From: an uncultured Actinomycetes bacterium
GTDB taxonomy: Bacteria; Actinomycetota; Thermoleophilia; UBA2241
Assembly (NCBI GenBank): GCA_963725665.1
Contig: CAVRZA010000001.1
Location: forward strand, 96,001 to 160,000
Length of the DNA stretch: 64,000 nt
Direction: 5' to 3'
Shown here piece after piece: positions 9,091-20,732 of the stretch; within the stretch, counting starts at the first letter, position 1, and the number at the start of each line of letters is the position of its first letter. The notes below the pieces were generated by a model. That model ran no database searches, was not told where the DNA came from, and worked only from the letters and a program-made list of their open reading frames with translations. Both the position numbers and the translations under genes were made by a program.

Positions 9091-9910
9091 GTTCGTTGAG
9101 CACGTCGTCAGGGATCGCACGGCCCTCGGCCCCGACCCCCAACACCACGTTGGGCTTCACCGCGCCGTGGAAGTCGGAGCCGCCCGTGGCGACCATGCCG
9201 TTGCGTGCCGCGATGTCGAGGCAGAGCCGCGTCGTGGCCTCGTCGTAGGTGCCGTAGTAGCACTCCAGGCCGGCGACGCCTCCCGCTGCCGCCGAACGCA
9301 CGATGCGCTCCAGCTCGATGGCGTCGACCGAGATGATCCCCGGGTGCGCAAGCGAACCGATCCCACCCGAACGGCGCAGCAGGCGGACCGCCTCGGACAG
9401 GGCGAGGCGGCGGCGGTCGACGTAGGCCGGGGCGCCCTTGCGCAGGAACCGCTCGAAGGCCTCCTCGATCGAGGAGACGTAGCCGCGCTGGCGCATGACC
9501 TCGCCGATGTGCGGGCGCCCTACGGCGCCGCCATCGGCGACCCGCGCCAGCGCCTCCGGCTCCACCGGGAAACCCAGCTCGGCCAGCCGTTCCAGGATGC
9601 GCGCGTTACGCACGTCGCGGTAGTGGCGCAGCTCCGCCAGCGCCGCGTGCAGCTCCTCGGTCGGCAGCTCGCAGAAGAAGTAGCCCAGCAGGTGGAGGGT
9701 GCGGTCCTCCCACTCGAGGCTCAGCTCGACACCCGGGACGACCTCGATGCCGAGCCGCTCGCCCGCGGCGAGGGCCTCCTCGAGCCCGTCGACGGTGTCG
9801 TGGTCGGTCACGGCCACGGCGCTCAAACCGAGATCGCGGGCGAGCTCGACGAGCTCGGTCGGGGAGACGGTGCCGTCGGAGTGGGTCGTGTGCGCGTGCA
9901 GGTCGATCAT
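9050..9910 (-). CDS. PHP-domain phosphoesterase (TrpH/YciV-like)
   Basis: DLHAHTTHSDG, TDHD, GVELS, GRPH, GGSDFHG. Confidence 0.92.
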   Translation of the reverse strand: MIDLHAHTTHSDGTVSPTELVELARDLGLSAVAVTDHDTVDGLEEALAAGERLGIEVVPGVELSLEWEDRTLHLLGYFFCELPTEELHAALAELRHYRDVRNARILERLAELGFPVEPEALARVADGGAVGRPHIGEVMRQRGYVSSIEEAFERFLRKGAPAYVDRRRLALSEAVRLLRRSGGIGSLAHPGIISVDAIELERIVRSAAAGGVAGLECYYGTYDEATTRLCLDIAARNGMVATGGSDFHGAVKPNVVLGVGAEGRAIPDDVLNELKERYRATVPCPE

Positions 9911-9934
9911 CTTCTGGCCTACCGTACCACGACC

Positions 9935-9965
9935 GGGGCGCGGCGCGTTTCACGCGCCGCGCCCC
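9935..9965. repeat. Perfect 14-bp inverted repeat between divergent genes
   Basis: GGGGCGCGGCGCGT-TTC-ACGCGCCGCGCCCC. Confidence 0.85.
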
Positions 9966-9981
9966 AGGTAAGATACCGACT

Positions 9982-11055
9982 ATGCGCATCGGAATCATCG
10001 CTCCTCCGTGGTTCCCCCTGCCTCCCAAGGGCTACGGCGGCATCGAGCTCGTCGTCTCGCTTCTCACCGAGGGCCTCGTGCGCAATGGGCACAACGTGAC
10101 GCTCTTCGCCAGCGGCGACTCGGTCACGCTCGCGAGACTGTCGTCCGTCTTCTCGCGCGCGCCCAGCGAGCAGATCGCCACCGGCTTTCACCTCGAGGTG
10201 CTGCACGCCCTCGAGGCCTACTCGCACGCGCGCGAGTTCGACATCATCCACGACCACGACGGGCTCGCCGCGCGGTCGATGGGCGCCCTGGTCCACCGTC
10301 TCGTGGGCACCCCGGTCGTGGCCACGTTGCACGGACCGGCCGACTCGGGCACGCTGCTCTCCCTGGGTGTGCTGCGCGAAGCGGTGCGCTTCATCGCCAT
10401 CTCCGAGTACCAGCGCTCCGGGTTCCCCGACCTGCACTTCATCGGCACGATCCCCAACGGCATCGACGTCGACGGCTACCCCTTCTCGAGTGAGAAGGAC
10501 TCCTACTTCCTCTTCATCGGGCGCATGTTCGCCGACAAGGGTGCGCACACTGCGTGCGAGGTCGCGCGCCGGCTCGATGCGCGGCTGATCCTCGCCGGCA
10601 AGCTGAACGAGGACGCTGAGCGGCAGTACTTCGCCGAGTACGTCGAACCCTTCCTGAACGACAAGATCTTCTACCGCGGCGAGGTCGAGCACGACGTGAA
10701 GCTGGAGCTCTACCGCCGCGCCAGGTGCACGCTCTTTCCCATCCAGTGGCCCGAGCCCTTCGGCCTGGTGATGATCGAGTCGCTGGCCGCCGGCACGCCG
10801 GTCATCGCCTTCCGACGAGGGTCGGTGCCCGAGGTGATCGAGCACGGCCGCACCGGGTTCATCGTCGAGACCGTCGACGAGATGGTCGACGCCGCCAAGC
10901 ACATCGACGAGATCGACCCCGCGGAGTGTCGGCGCGCGGTCCAAGAGCGCTTCGGCATCGTCCCCTTCGTGGCGGCGCACGAGGAGGCCTACCGGCGCAT
11001 GCTCGACGAAGGGCCCGAGTGGTCCACATTGAGCATGCCGGGCCCCCTCGTCTAG
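9982..11055 (+). CDS. Glycosyltransferase family 4 protein
   Basis: PPKGYGGIE, WPEPFGLVMIESLAAGTPVI. Confidence 0.93.
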   Translation: MRIGIIAPPWFPLPPKGYGGIELVVSLLTEGLVRNGHNVTLFASGDSVTLARLSSVFSRAPSEQIATGFHLEVLHALEAYSHAREFDIIHDHDGLAARSMGALVHRLVGTPVVATLHGPADSGTLLSLGVLREAVRFIAISEYQRSGFPDLHFIGTIPNGIDVDGYPFSSEKDSYFLFIGRMFADKGAHTACEVARRLDARLILAGKLNEDAERQYFAEYVEPFLNDKIFYRGEVEHDVKLELYRRARCTLFPIQWPEPFGLVMIESLAAGTPVIAFRRGSVPEVIEHGRTGFIVETVDEMVDAAKHIDEIDPAECRRAVQERFGIVPFVAAHEEAYRRMLDEGPEWSTLSMPGPLV

Positions 11056-11138
11056 CGAGGACGGGACGGTCCAGCCGGTGGCTGCCCAGTCGTCGGCGCA
11101 GTCACCGAGGTCGCGCGGGCACGACCGCTCGCTGCGCC

Positions 11139-13244
11139 CTAGAGCGCTGTAGCGCCGTCGTGGACTCGAGCGGCGGCCGCGTCGAAGAAGGCCGACACGA
11201 CGTCCGGGTCGAACTGCGACCCGGAGTTCCTGCGTAACTCCGTCAGCGCCTCCTCTGAGGGCATGGCCTTGCGGTAGGGGCGGTCGGACGTCATGGCATG
11301 GAAGGCGTCACAGGCGAGAAGCACGCGTGAGCCCAGGGGGATCTCGTCGGCGGTCAGCTGGTCGGGGTAACCGCTGCCATCCCAGCGCTCGTGCGCCGAA
11401 CGGACGATGCGGGCGACGGGGCGCAGATACTCGATGCGCGAGATGATGCGCTCGCCGATCACGGTGTGCTCGGCCATCACGGCGAACTCGTCGTCCGTCA
11501 GCTTCCCCGGCTTGTTCAGGATGGTGCCGGGGACCCCGATCTTGCCGATGTCGTGGAGGACGGCAGCATACTGAAGCTGGCGCTGCTCGCCCTCGCTGAG
11601 GCCAAGGCGCCGGCCCACGGCCGTCGCCATGCTCGCGAGGCTGTCGGCGTGCTCGGCCGTGTAATGGTCCTTCGCCTCCATGGCTGCCGCGAGGGCGGTG
11701 ACCGTCTGCAGGTTGATGGCGTCGAGCTTGGCGTAGACCTCAGCGTGCTGCAGCGCGACGGCGATCTGACCGGCGATCGCCCCGAGCAGGGCGAGATCAC
11801 CTTCGTTGTAGAAGCCACCGTCGTTCGTTCCCAGCGCCAACGTCCCCGCTAGTCTGCCGTTGGGAGCGATCGGGGCCGCAACCAGTGTCCCGGCATCGTC
11901 GCCGTCCGCACCGCGCTTCCCGCCCAGGGCCGGCTCTCCCGTGGCGCTCACCGCGGCGGCGAGGTGATCGGCGGCCGCCTGTGCGCCGTCGGGGTCACCG
12001 TAGCTGGTAGTGGCGCTCAGACCGAAGGGTTCCTCGTTCAAGTAGAGGATCGCGAAGTCGGCCGAGAAGACTTCGGCGACCATCTCGGTAAGGCGGCGCA
12101 GCTCCGTGCGCACGTCGGGCATCTGGGCAAGCGTCTCGCCGAAGGTGTTGAGGCTGGCGATCTCGACCGACAGCCCGCGGATCTTGCCCGCCATGGTCTC
12201 GAGCTCGTGGTTGACACGCTCGGACATCGTGTTGAACGCGACCGCGACCTCGCCGATCTCGTCGTTCGTCTTCACCTCGATGTGCTGGTGCGTGTCGCCG
12301 CGCGCGATGGCGGCTGCGGCCTGCGCCAGCCGCCGCAGCGGGCGGCCGATCATCGCCGTCACCAGCGCGCCGACCGCGATCGCGACGATCAGGGCGGTGA
12401 CCATCGCCAGGGCGCCGGTCGCCCGCAGTGTCGCGCCCGTGACGGCGACGTAAGAGCTCTCGACGCCGAGGCGGATCAAGCCGTGGAGCTCGCCGGCGCG
12501 GTCGCGAAGCTGCGTAAGGACGATGGTGGCAGCGCCGTCTGTGAACGGCATGCCCGGCTTGATGTTGGCCGGCAGCGTCGTGGGCACACCCATCGCCGAC
12601 GAAGCGACGAGACGACCATCTGAGTAGAGGCTGATCCGGCTTGCGCCGGTGTACTCGGCGACGTTTGCGAGCAGCTCGGAATCGATGGGCCGACCGAAGA
12701 CGACCGCTCCCCGTCTCGCCGAGCCTGGCGCCTTCGCCTCTACCACAGGACCGGCGCTGACGATGTAGGCATGGCCGTTGACGGTGGCGATGTCCCAACC
12801 CTTGGCCCCCTCGGTTGCGGCGGCCGCCACGATGGGCAGGTCGAACAGCGACGGAGCGCGCGCGAACTGCCCGCCTGCCGACACGATGTGGCCGTCCAGG
12901 GTGAGGACCTGGGCGCCCTTGAAGGCGGTGTGACTGGGGACCCAGAGGGTCACGTTCTTCTCTATCCACGCGACGTCGGCGTCCGCGATCGCTTTCGTGA
13001 GGAGCGTCGATTCGCCGATCGAGATGACCTGGTCCATGCCGTGGAGGCCCTCGTTACGGAGCGTCGCCATCATCGCCTGGCTGCGGTTGCTCATCTCGAG
13101 ACGCTCCTGCTGCTGCAACGCCTGCGAGGTGGAGCGGAAGCTCATGAAGGCGAAGACGGCGAGTGGCACGAGGGCCACGAGCACGAAGGCGATCAGCAGC
13201 TTGCGGCGGATGGTCAGTGCCGAACGGAGTCTACGCGTCGTCAT
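11139..13244 (-). CDS. Membrane sensor HAMP-GAF-HD-GYP c-di-GMP phosphodiesterase
   Basis: Two TM segments, HAMP (DEIGEVAVAFNTM), GAF, LHDIGKIG, HERWDGSGYP. Confidence 0.92.
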   Translation of the reverse strand: MTTRRLRSALTIRRKLLIAFVLVALVPLAVFAFMSFRSTSQALQQQERLEMSNRSQAMMATLRNEGLHGMDQVISIGESTLLTKAIADADVAWIEKNVTLWVPSHTAFKGAQVLTLDGHIVSAGGQFARAPSLFDLPIVAAAATEGAKGWDIATVNGHAYIVSAGPVVEAKAPGSARRGAVVFGRPIDSELLANVAEYTGASRISLYSDGRLVASSAMGVPTTLPANIKPGMPFTDGAATIVLTQLRDRAGELHGLIRLGVESSYVAVTGATLRATGALAMVTALIVAIAVGALVTAMIGRPLRRLAQAAAAIARGDTHQHIEVKTNDEIGEVAVAFNTMSERVNHELETMAGKIRGLSVEIASLNTFGETLAQMPDVRTELRRLTEMVAEVFSADFAILYLNEEPFGLSATTSYGDPDGAQAAADHLAAAVSATGEPALGGKRGADGDDAGTLVAAPIAPNGRLAGTLALGTNDGGFYNEGDLALLGAIAGQIAVALQHAEVYAKLDAINLQTVTALAAAMEAKDHYTAEHADSLASMATAVGRRLGLSEGEQRQLQYAAVLHDIGKIGVPGTILNKPGKLTDDEFAVMAEHTVIGERIISRIEYLRPVARIVRSAHERWDGSGYPDQLTADEIPLGSRVLLACDAFHAMTSDRPYRKAMPSEEALTELRRNSGSQFDPDVVSAFFDAAAARVHDGATAL

Positions 13245-13287
13245 GCGGTTCGATCTCGTCGCTTCCTTTGTGGGGCGCCTGCTGACC

Positions 13288-13315
13288 TTATCGGCCAGAA
13301 GGCGCGATGGCTTTC
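13288..13315 (-). promoter_or_regulatory. Sigma28 (FliA/WhiG)-type promoter
   Basis: Minus strand GAAA-N16-GCCGATAA upstream of the HD-GYP gene. Confidence 0.65.
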
Positions 13316-13429
13316 GCGCTTTTTCCCTGATACGCGCGTGTGACTAGACGAATGTACTGCCCGAGTCGGTGCGCGGGCGGTCTCATCCCCGCTTGTCGGG
13401 GGACTCGAGAAGGACGGTAAGGTTCGGCC

Positions 13430-14837
13430 ATGCCCCTGCCCTACGACGACGTCCATCTCATCGCCGACCCTCTCTACCGCTACATCCGCATCACGGTGGG
13501 CGGGGGAGCGGGCGAGACGACCGAGGCCGACATCATCGACCGGCCCTGGGTGCAGCGGCTCAAGCGCATCCACCAGCTGCAGAGCGCCTGGTGGGTCTTC
13601 CCGACGGCGGAGCACAGCCGCTTCGTGCACAGCCTGGGGACGATGCACCTCGCCGGCGAGCTCGCACGCCAGGTCTACCCGACGCTGCGCGAGGTCGAGT
13701 CGGGCGCTCCCTCACTGCCGGTCGTCGAGGAGACGCTGCGGCTTGGCCGGCCTCTTGCACGACGTCGGCCACGGTCCGTTCAGCCACTTCTTCGACGAGG
13801 AGGTCCTCTACCCGCGCTTCGGGCTCGACCACGAGCAGCTCTCGCAGCTCATCATCGTGGAGGAGCTGGGGGAGGCCGTAGAGGGTCTGCGCAGGAGCCC
13901 GAGCGGTCCGTTCGGCGCCGGGGAGGGCGTCGATCCGCGACACGTGGCGCACCTGATCCGCGCCGGCGCGACGGACGTCCCCGAAGAAGAGCCGCCGGCG
14001 CCGCGTTGGGTGGAGCTCCTGCACCGCGCGCTGTCGGGCGCCGTCACCGTCGACAACATGGACTACGTGCGCCGCGACGCCTACCAGTGCGGGGTCGCCG
14101 CCGGGCCCATCGACGTGGACCGCCTGATCTACTACACGTTCTGTACCGAGGAGGGGCTGACGTTCCACAAGCGCGCCCTGAGCTCGCTGCGCGCCTTCTT
14201 GAACGCACGCTTCTACATGTACGAGAACGTCTACTTCCACCGCATCTCGCGCGGCATCGACCTGCACCTCATGGAGATCTTCCCGGCCACGATGCGCCTT
14301 CTGCTGCCGGACGACCCGCGCTTCGACCGTTCGACGTACCAGCGACTCACCGAGTGGTGGCTCTTCGACGCCGTCGAGCGCTGGCTCGAGGAGCCGGCGG
14401 GAAGCGAGAAGCGGAGCCTCGCCGAGGAGTGGCGCGCCATCATCCACCGCGACGTGAAGTACCGCATGGTCTTCGAGCAGTCGATCGAGCGCCAGCAGCC
14501 GCTGCCGGCGATGCGCGACCTGACGCGCGAGGAGTTCGGGGCGGGGATTCGCGAGGCGCTGCCGGCGGCGCTCAAAGACCTCGTCTTCGCCGTCGACATC
14601 GCCTCGCAGGATCCCCGCCCCCTCAACCCGATGACCGGCCCCAAGCGGCTCCCGGTCTTCGACCCGGCCACGGGCCGCGTGGCCGACGAGCTGCTCAGCG
14701 GGATCCTGGAGTTCGTGCCCGCCAAGGCACATCTCTACCGCGTGTTCGCCACCGACCACACGCACGACCGCGAGCTCTCGCAGGCGGCTCGGGTCGTCCT
14801 CTCGCGGGTCGGGGAAGCCAGCCTCACCAACCTGTGA
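13430..14837 (+). CDS. HD-domain dNTP triphosphohydrolase-like protein (SAMHD1/YdhJ type), +1 frameshift near 13743
   Basis: QRLKRIHQL...AEHSRFVHSLG in one frame, LLHDVGHGPFSH...DNMDY...MYENVYFH in the next; removing one T joins them. Confidence 0.85.
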
Positions 14838-14927
14838 CCCTCGCGACGCGGGCCGCAGAGGCTTCTGCTACCATGGAGCCGGTGGTCCGCCTCGTGGTGC
14901 CGCCGAGGTGGCACGAAAGGGGGTACC

Positions 14928-17424
14928 GTGACGCGCTGCGCCGTCTTCGTGTTCGCTGGACTCTCCCTGCTCGCGACGCTGCTCACGCTACCGGCTGTGG
15001 CTGCCGGCGCCGCCGTGCGGCAACGACCGGCAACGGCCGTTGCCGCCGCAACGGCGCCCGCAGCCTCGCCGGCCAAGTGGACCTACGCCATCTACGCCAA
15101 CGCCGACAACGACACCGAGTACTGCTGGTCCCGCTTCACGTTGCCTGCCCTCGAAGGCCCTGCCTGCCTCGCCCGACGTCAACGTCGTCGCCATGGTCGA
15201 CTGGTCGAGCGTCAAGAAGGGCGTACAGCTTCTCAAGATCTCGGGCGGCACTGTGCAGGTGGTGGCCCGCTGGCCCGACAAGGACTTCGGCCTGGGCGCC
15301 ACGTTCGAGTGGTTCCTGCGGCAGGTCAGCAGCCGCTTTCCCGCCGAGCATCTTGTCGTCAGCGGATGGGATCACGGCTACGGCTGGCGCTACTTCTCTC
15401 ACGACTTCACCTCGGGCCATCGCATCACGATGCCCCAGCTCCGGGCGGCCATCGTCGGCGCCGGCGTGCCGATCGACGTCCTCGCGTTCGACGCCTGTAA
15501 CATGGCCGACGTGGAGGTGGCCTACGAGATGGCGCTGACCGGGCGCGTCTCCTACATGGTCGGCTCGGAGGAGACGATCGACTCCGACGGGTTCCCGTAC
15601 GACGGCATGCTGGCACCGCTGCTCGCCGACCCGGCGCGAACACCCGAGCAGGTCGTGAACGACATGCTCGCCGGCTGGCAGCGCTACTACGATCCGGTGC
15701 GCTGCTTTAACCTCAACAACCTCTCGGCCATCGACCTCGCCAAGATCCTGCAGGGTCGGGCCGATCTGCGCGCCTGGATCGCGCGGCTGCGGACCGACCT
15801 GCCGCTCTACCGCGCCCGCTACGCGGTCGCGCTGCGACACAGCATCTACGCCTACGACTCGTGGCACGTCGATCTGGCCGATGTCGCGTCTCGTCTGGCT
15901 GCCGACACGGGCATCGACGACGTCGAGCTCAAGACGCTGTCGTCGACGGTGGCCGCCACAGCGCGTGGCGCCGTCGTCGGCGTGACCAACCCGGCCTACT
16001 CGCGGCGCTTCACCGGCATGACGCTGTGGTGGGGCACCGGGAGTGACTGGCGAGAGTATCGCGACGCCTACGGTCGGCAGGTGGCGTTCGGCAAGGACCT
16101 GGGTTGGGCCTCGTTCCTGCGTGCCTACAACGCGGGCGTGCGCGGGCCCACGAACGCTCCCTTCCCGCTTCTGGGCCGTACCACTTGCAGCCTCACCGAT
16201 ATCGCCTTCGCCGACGCGGCGCACGGGTGGGCGACCGGCTACGACGAGATCGCCAATCTGGCGGTCATCCTGCGCACCACAGACGGTGGCAAGCACTGGA
16301 GGACTTACCGCCCCGATTGGCTCTACAGCTACACGACCAGCTCCCTTGCCGTCGTCGACGGTCGGCGGGTCTGGGCGGTGGACAGCGCCGCCTACACCCC
16401 AAGCACGGACGGGTGTGACGGAAGTGCGATCCTGCGCACCTCGGACCGCGGCGCGCACTGGTCGTCGAGGATGCGCGGCGCACCCAAGTACCTTTCCGGG
16501 GTGGACTTCGTGACCCCAAGAAACGGATGGATCACCGGCGTCGACGATACTCTCCTGCACACCACCGACGGCGGCGCCCACTGGACGTCCGCCGGCACGC
16601 CTTCCAACTGCGACCTGTGGTCGGTCGACTTCATCGACGGCGGACACGGCTGGGTCGTGGGCGGCGACGCGGCGCTGATGCAGGGGGCCATCCGGCACAC
16701 CGACGACGGCGTCACCTGGGTCACGCAGAAGACCGTCACGGGCTCCGTCATCTACGGGCTCGACGCCCTCGACGGGTCACGCGCCTGGGCGGTCGGCGGC
16801 GATCCGGTCGCCGGGACCGGCGTGATACTTCACACCGGCGACGGGGGCACGACCTGGGACGTGCAGTACGGCGCCGCCGATGCGCCGTGGCTGAGCGATG
16901 TCACCTTCATTGACGGATCCACGGGATGGGCGGTCGGCGCGCGTGGAACGGTGCTGCGGACGATCGACGGCGGAACGAGCTGGCAGGCGGTGGACCTGGG
17001 CACGACGGCCGACCTTACAGCCGTCTCCTTCCCCACCAGTCAGGACGGCTGGATCGTTGGCGACACGGACCGCCTCTACCACACGTCTGATGGCGGCGCG
17101 ACCTGGGAGCTCGTCCGCGCCGACGTCGTCGGCCCGACGACGTCGGCGCCGGAGCCCGCCAAAGTGCGTCGGGGAGCGACCGCCGTGCTCCAGTACCGCG
17201 TCAGCGACGCGATAAGCCCGACCGCCGCCGTCGCGATCAGGATCGTGCGCTCTGGGACTGTTGTGAAGACGCTCGCGCTGGGCACGCAAACGACCGGCGT
17301 CACGCACGTCGCGAGGTTCGTCTGCCGTCTGGTGCGAGGGACGTACCGGTTCCGCGTCTCCGCTCGTGATGAGGCCGGCAACGCGCAGAGCAGGCGGGGG
17401 TCGAACACGCTGACCGTGCGCTGA
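14928..17424 (+). CDS. Secreted clostripain-family (C11) peptidase with YCF48/BNR repeats and a C-terminal Ig-like domain; +1 frameshift near 15153
   Basis: Signal peptide and KWTYAIYANADND in the first frame; WDHG, FDACNM and repeated T.DGG..W in the second. Confidence 0.82.
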
Positions 17425-17470
17425 TCAGGCCGGGCCGTGAGCGCGGCGCTGGCGCGACGAAGGGGGAGCC

Positions 17471-18757
17471 ATGGGAACTGGAGTGACGCTTCATCCATCG
17501 CAGCGGCGCACGATCGTCGCGCTGCGAGGACTTCACCCGAGGGTGACGAGGCTCACCCCGCGGGTGTTGGTCGTGACCGTGGCGCTGCTGCTGGCGGCCG
17601 CCCTCTCTCCCGCACGAGCCGCGGCCGAACCGGCTCCTCAGGCCAAGTGGACCGTCATGGTGTACATGTGCGGCGACAACAACCTCGAGCCGTGGATCAC
17701 ACACGACATCGACGCGGAGATGGCGGCGGTCGGCTCGAACGCCGACGTGCAGGTCGTCGCCCTCGCCGACCGCAGCCTCGGCCACGGCACCGATGACGGC
17801 GACTGGACCGGCACCCTGCTCTTCAACGTCGCCAAGGGCATGACGGCGACTCCCGAGAGCGCCGTCGCCGACTGGGGTGAGCGCGACATGGGCTCGCCGC
17901 AGACCCTGATCGACTTCGTCACCTGGACGCGCGCGAACTATCCTGCCGACCGGTACGCCCTCATCTTCTGGGACCACGGCTGGGGCTGGTGGCCGGGCGA
18001 GACCATGGTCGACGAGACCAGCGGAGACACCCTCGACATGGATGAGATCCGCCGCGCCATGGACGCAGCGGGGGGCGTCAACATGGTCGGTTTGGAGACC
18101 TGCCTGGGGCAGATGATCGAGGTCGATGCGGAGTTTCGCGGCTTCGCCCGCGCCATCGCGGCCTCCGAGGACTCCACCGGCTACACGACCTTCGACTACC
18201 GTCAGATTCTCAGTGCGCTCCAGGCCACCCCGACGATGACGGCGGCAGAGCTCGCCGTCGTCGCGGCGAGGAGCATGAAGACCGGCCACGACAAGTGGAC
18301 GCTGACGGCGTCGGCGGTCGCACTGAACAGAAGCTGGGACTCGCTCGCGAGCGCCGTTAGCGACCTGGCGTGGGATCTCGCCTACGGGCTGCCGAAGTAC
18401 CACAAGGCCTACGCCGTCGCTCGCCGTCACGCGGCCATGCCGCCCCAGAGCTACCCTGAAGTGAGGGACCTGTACGACGTCGCCCGGGAGCTGAGGTCGC
18501 ACGTCGGGTCGGCACTGATCAAGAGAGACTGCACGAGGGTGCTCGTGTCGCTGCGCAAGGTCGTCCTCTACGAGTGGAGCACCCCGGCGGAGGGTGACCT
18601 GCACGGTATCAGCATCTTCTGGCCCAGCGCGCCCGCGCCGCCGCGCCCGGGCTCCAGCTTCTCGCAATGGGTCGGCTTTCCCTACTACTGTTCCCAGCTC
18701 ACGTTCACGCGGATGACGTACTGGGGCGACTTCCTGACCGCCTGGGGGGCGAGATGA
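17471..18757 (+). CDS. Secreted clostripain-related cysteine peptidase (start uncertain)
   Basis: KWTVMVYMCGDNNLE, YPADRYALIFWDHG, ETCLG. Confidence 0.88.
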   Translation: MGTGVTLHPSQRRTIVALRGLHPRVTRLTPRVLVVTVALLLAAALSPARAAAEPAPQAKWTVMVYMCGDNNLEPWITHDIDAEMAAVGSNADVQVVALADRSLGHGTDDGDWTGTLLFNVAKGMTATPESAVADWGERDMGSPQTLIDFVTWTRANYPADRYALIFWDHGWGWWPGETMVDETSGDTLDMDEIRRAMDAAGGVNMVGLETCLGQMIEVDAEFRGFARAIAASEDSTGYTTFDYRQILSALQATPTMTAAELAVVAARSMKTGHDKWTLTASAVALNRSWDSLASAVSDLAWDLAYGLPKYHKAYAVARRHAAMPPQSYPEVRDLYDVARELRSHVGSALIKRDCTRVLVSLRKVVLYEWSTPAEGDLHGISIFWPSAPAPPRPGSSFSQWVGFPYYCSQLTFTRMTYWGDFLTAWGAR

Positions 18758-20731
18758 ACCGTCGCGCAAGGATCGTCGTAGTCGCCGTCGTTGCCGCGTG
18801 CCTGGTCGCGGGGCTTCAGCTCGTGGCGGAGGGAGCCGCGTTTGCCCGTCCATCAGTCGGCCCATCGACCGCCGTCCGGTCACCGTCGGCCGGCGGATGG
18901 AGTACGGCCTTCGTGCGCGTGAACCAGGTCGGGTATCCCTCGGGCGCGCCCAAACGCGCCTACCTCATGTCGACCTCTGCCACCGCCGGCGCGACCTTCG
19001 TCGTGGTCGACGGCGCGGGCGCGATCGCCTACTCGGGCACGGCGGGCGCGAACCTCGGCCGGTGGAACGCGAAGTACCCCAACGTCTTCCCTCTCGATCT
19101 CTCGTCGGTGACCGCGCCGGGCGTCTACAAGATCGTCGTGCTCTGGCCCGCGACGGCGGTCTCGCCCAGGTTCACGATCGACAGTGGCACGAACGTCTAC
19201 TCGGGCGCGCTGGCGAACACGTTGCGCTTCTACCAGGTGCAGCGCGACGGCGCCGACTTCGTCCGCTCGGCGTTGCGCAACGCCGCGGCCCACTTGAACG
19301 ACCGCCACGCGATGACGTACGCGACGCCGAAGGTCGACGCCGACGGCGTCTTCCGCGGCGACCTGAAGGCTCTCGGCGTGCGCCGCAACGCGTCGGGCGG
19401 CTGGTGGGACGCGGGCGACTATCTCAAGTTCGTCCACGCGACCAGCTACACGGAGTCGGTGCTGCTCTGCGGTGTGCGTGACTTCCCGGCTCAGATGGGC
19501 GCCGCTTCGGGCACGTCCGACTTCACGGCCGAGGCGAGGTTCGGTGCCGACTGGCTGCTGCGCATGTGGGACGACAAGACGAAGACGCTCTACTACCAGG
19601 TCGGCATCGGCAGCGGCAACGACAAGACCGCCGGCGATCACGACATCTGGCGCCTGCCGCAGAAAGACGACACCTACCGCAAGGGCGATCCGCTCTACCG
19701 CTACATCCGCCATCGGCCGGTGTTCCGCGCGGGGCCGCCGGGATCGAAGATCAGCCCCAACCTGGCCGGACGCGACGCCGCGGCTCTGGCCGAGGCCTAC
19801 CAGGTGTTCAAAGCGAGCGACCCGGCTTTCGCCGGCAAATGCCTGCTGGCCGCGCAGCACATCTACGACCTGGCGAACACGAACCCGCGGCGACTCACGA
19901 CGGCGATCCCCTACGAGTACTACCCGGAGACCGAGTGGCGCGACGACCTCGAGCTGGGCGCCACCGAGCTGTACCTGGCCGTCGCGGCCGGCGGTCTCCC
20001 CGCGGGAGTGCCGCACACCGACCCAGCCTTCTATCTCTCCGAGGCGGCGCACTGGGCGCGCGCCTACATCGACGGGCCCGAACGACGCCGCCGACACGCT
20101 GAACCTGTACGACGTCTCCGGGCTGGCCCACTTCGAGCTCTATCGGGCGATCACGCAGGCTGGGGACCCGGCGGGTCTCGAGGTGACGAAGGCCGATCTG
20201 CTCGCGGACCTCAAGAAGCAGCTCGACAAGGCGGTCGCGCAAGCCGGGACCGATCCGTTCCAGTTCGGCTTCGCCTGGAACCAGTGGGACACGACCACGC
20301 ACGGGGCCGGCCTGGCCGTCATGGCGAGCGAGTACGACCAGCTCACCGGCACGACGGACTACGCCGAGTGGAGCAGCCGCTGGCTGGCGAACATCCTCGG
20401 GGCCAACGCGTGGGGGTCGTCCTTCATCGTCGGCGATGGGACCAGGTTCCCTCGCCGCCTCCAGCATCAGGTCGCGAACCTGAAGGGGACGCTCAATGGC
20501 AAACCTCCGGTGCTGCTGGGGGCGTGCGTGGAAGGGCCCAACAGCGACCAGGACAGCGGCGCCATGCCCAACATGCGGCTGGGTCCGCGCGCCGACTTCT
20601 TCAAGCAGTTCAACGGGCACGGCGCGAAGTGGCGCGACGCGGTGCAGAACTACCCCAACACCGAGCCGGCCATCGACCTGACCGCGCCGAGCGCGCTCGC
20701 CTTCGCGCGCATGATGGCGGGTCTGTACTGA
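18754..20731 (+). CDS. Secreted glycoside hydrolase family 9 protein; +1 frameshift near 20078
   Basis: VRVNQVGY, SGGWWDAGDYLKF, then ILGANAWG and NTEPAID in the shifted frame. Confidence 0.87.
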
Positions 20732-20732
20732 T

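Noticed and set aside
16200-17110. Repeated GACGGCGG/TGG units suggesting a DNA repeat array or CRISPR
   Set aside because: These are coding YCF48/BNR protein repeats; no CRISPR array or cas genes were seen in the window.
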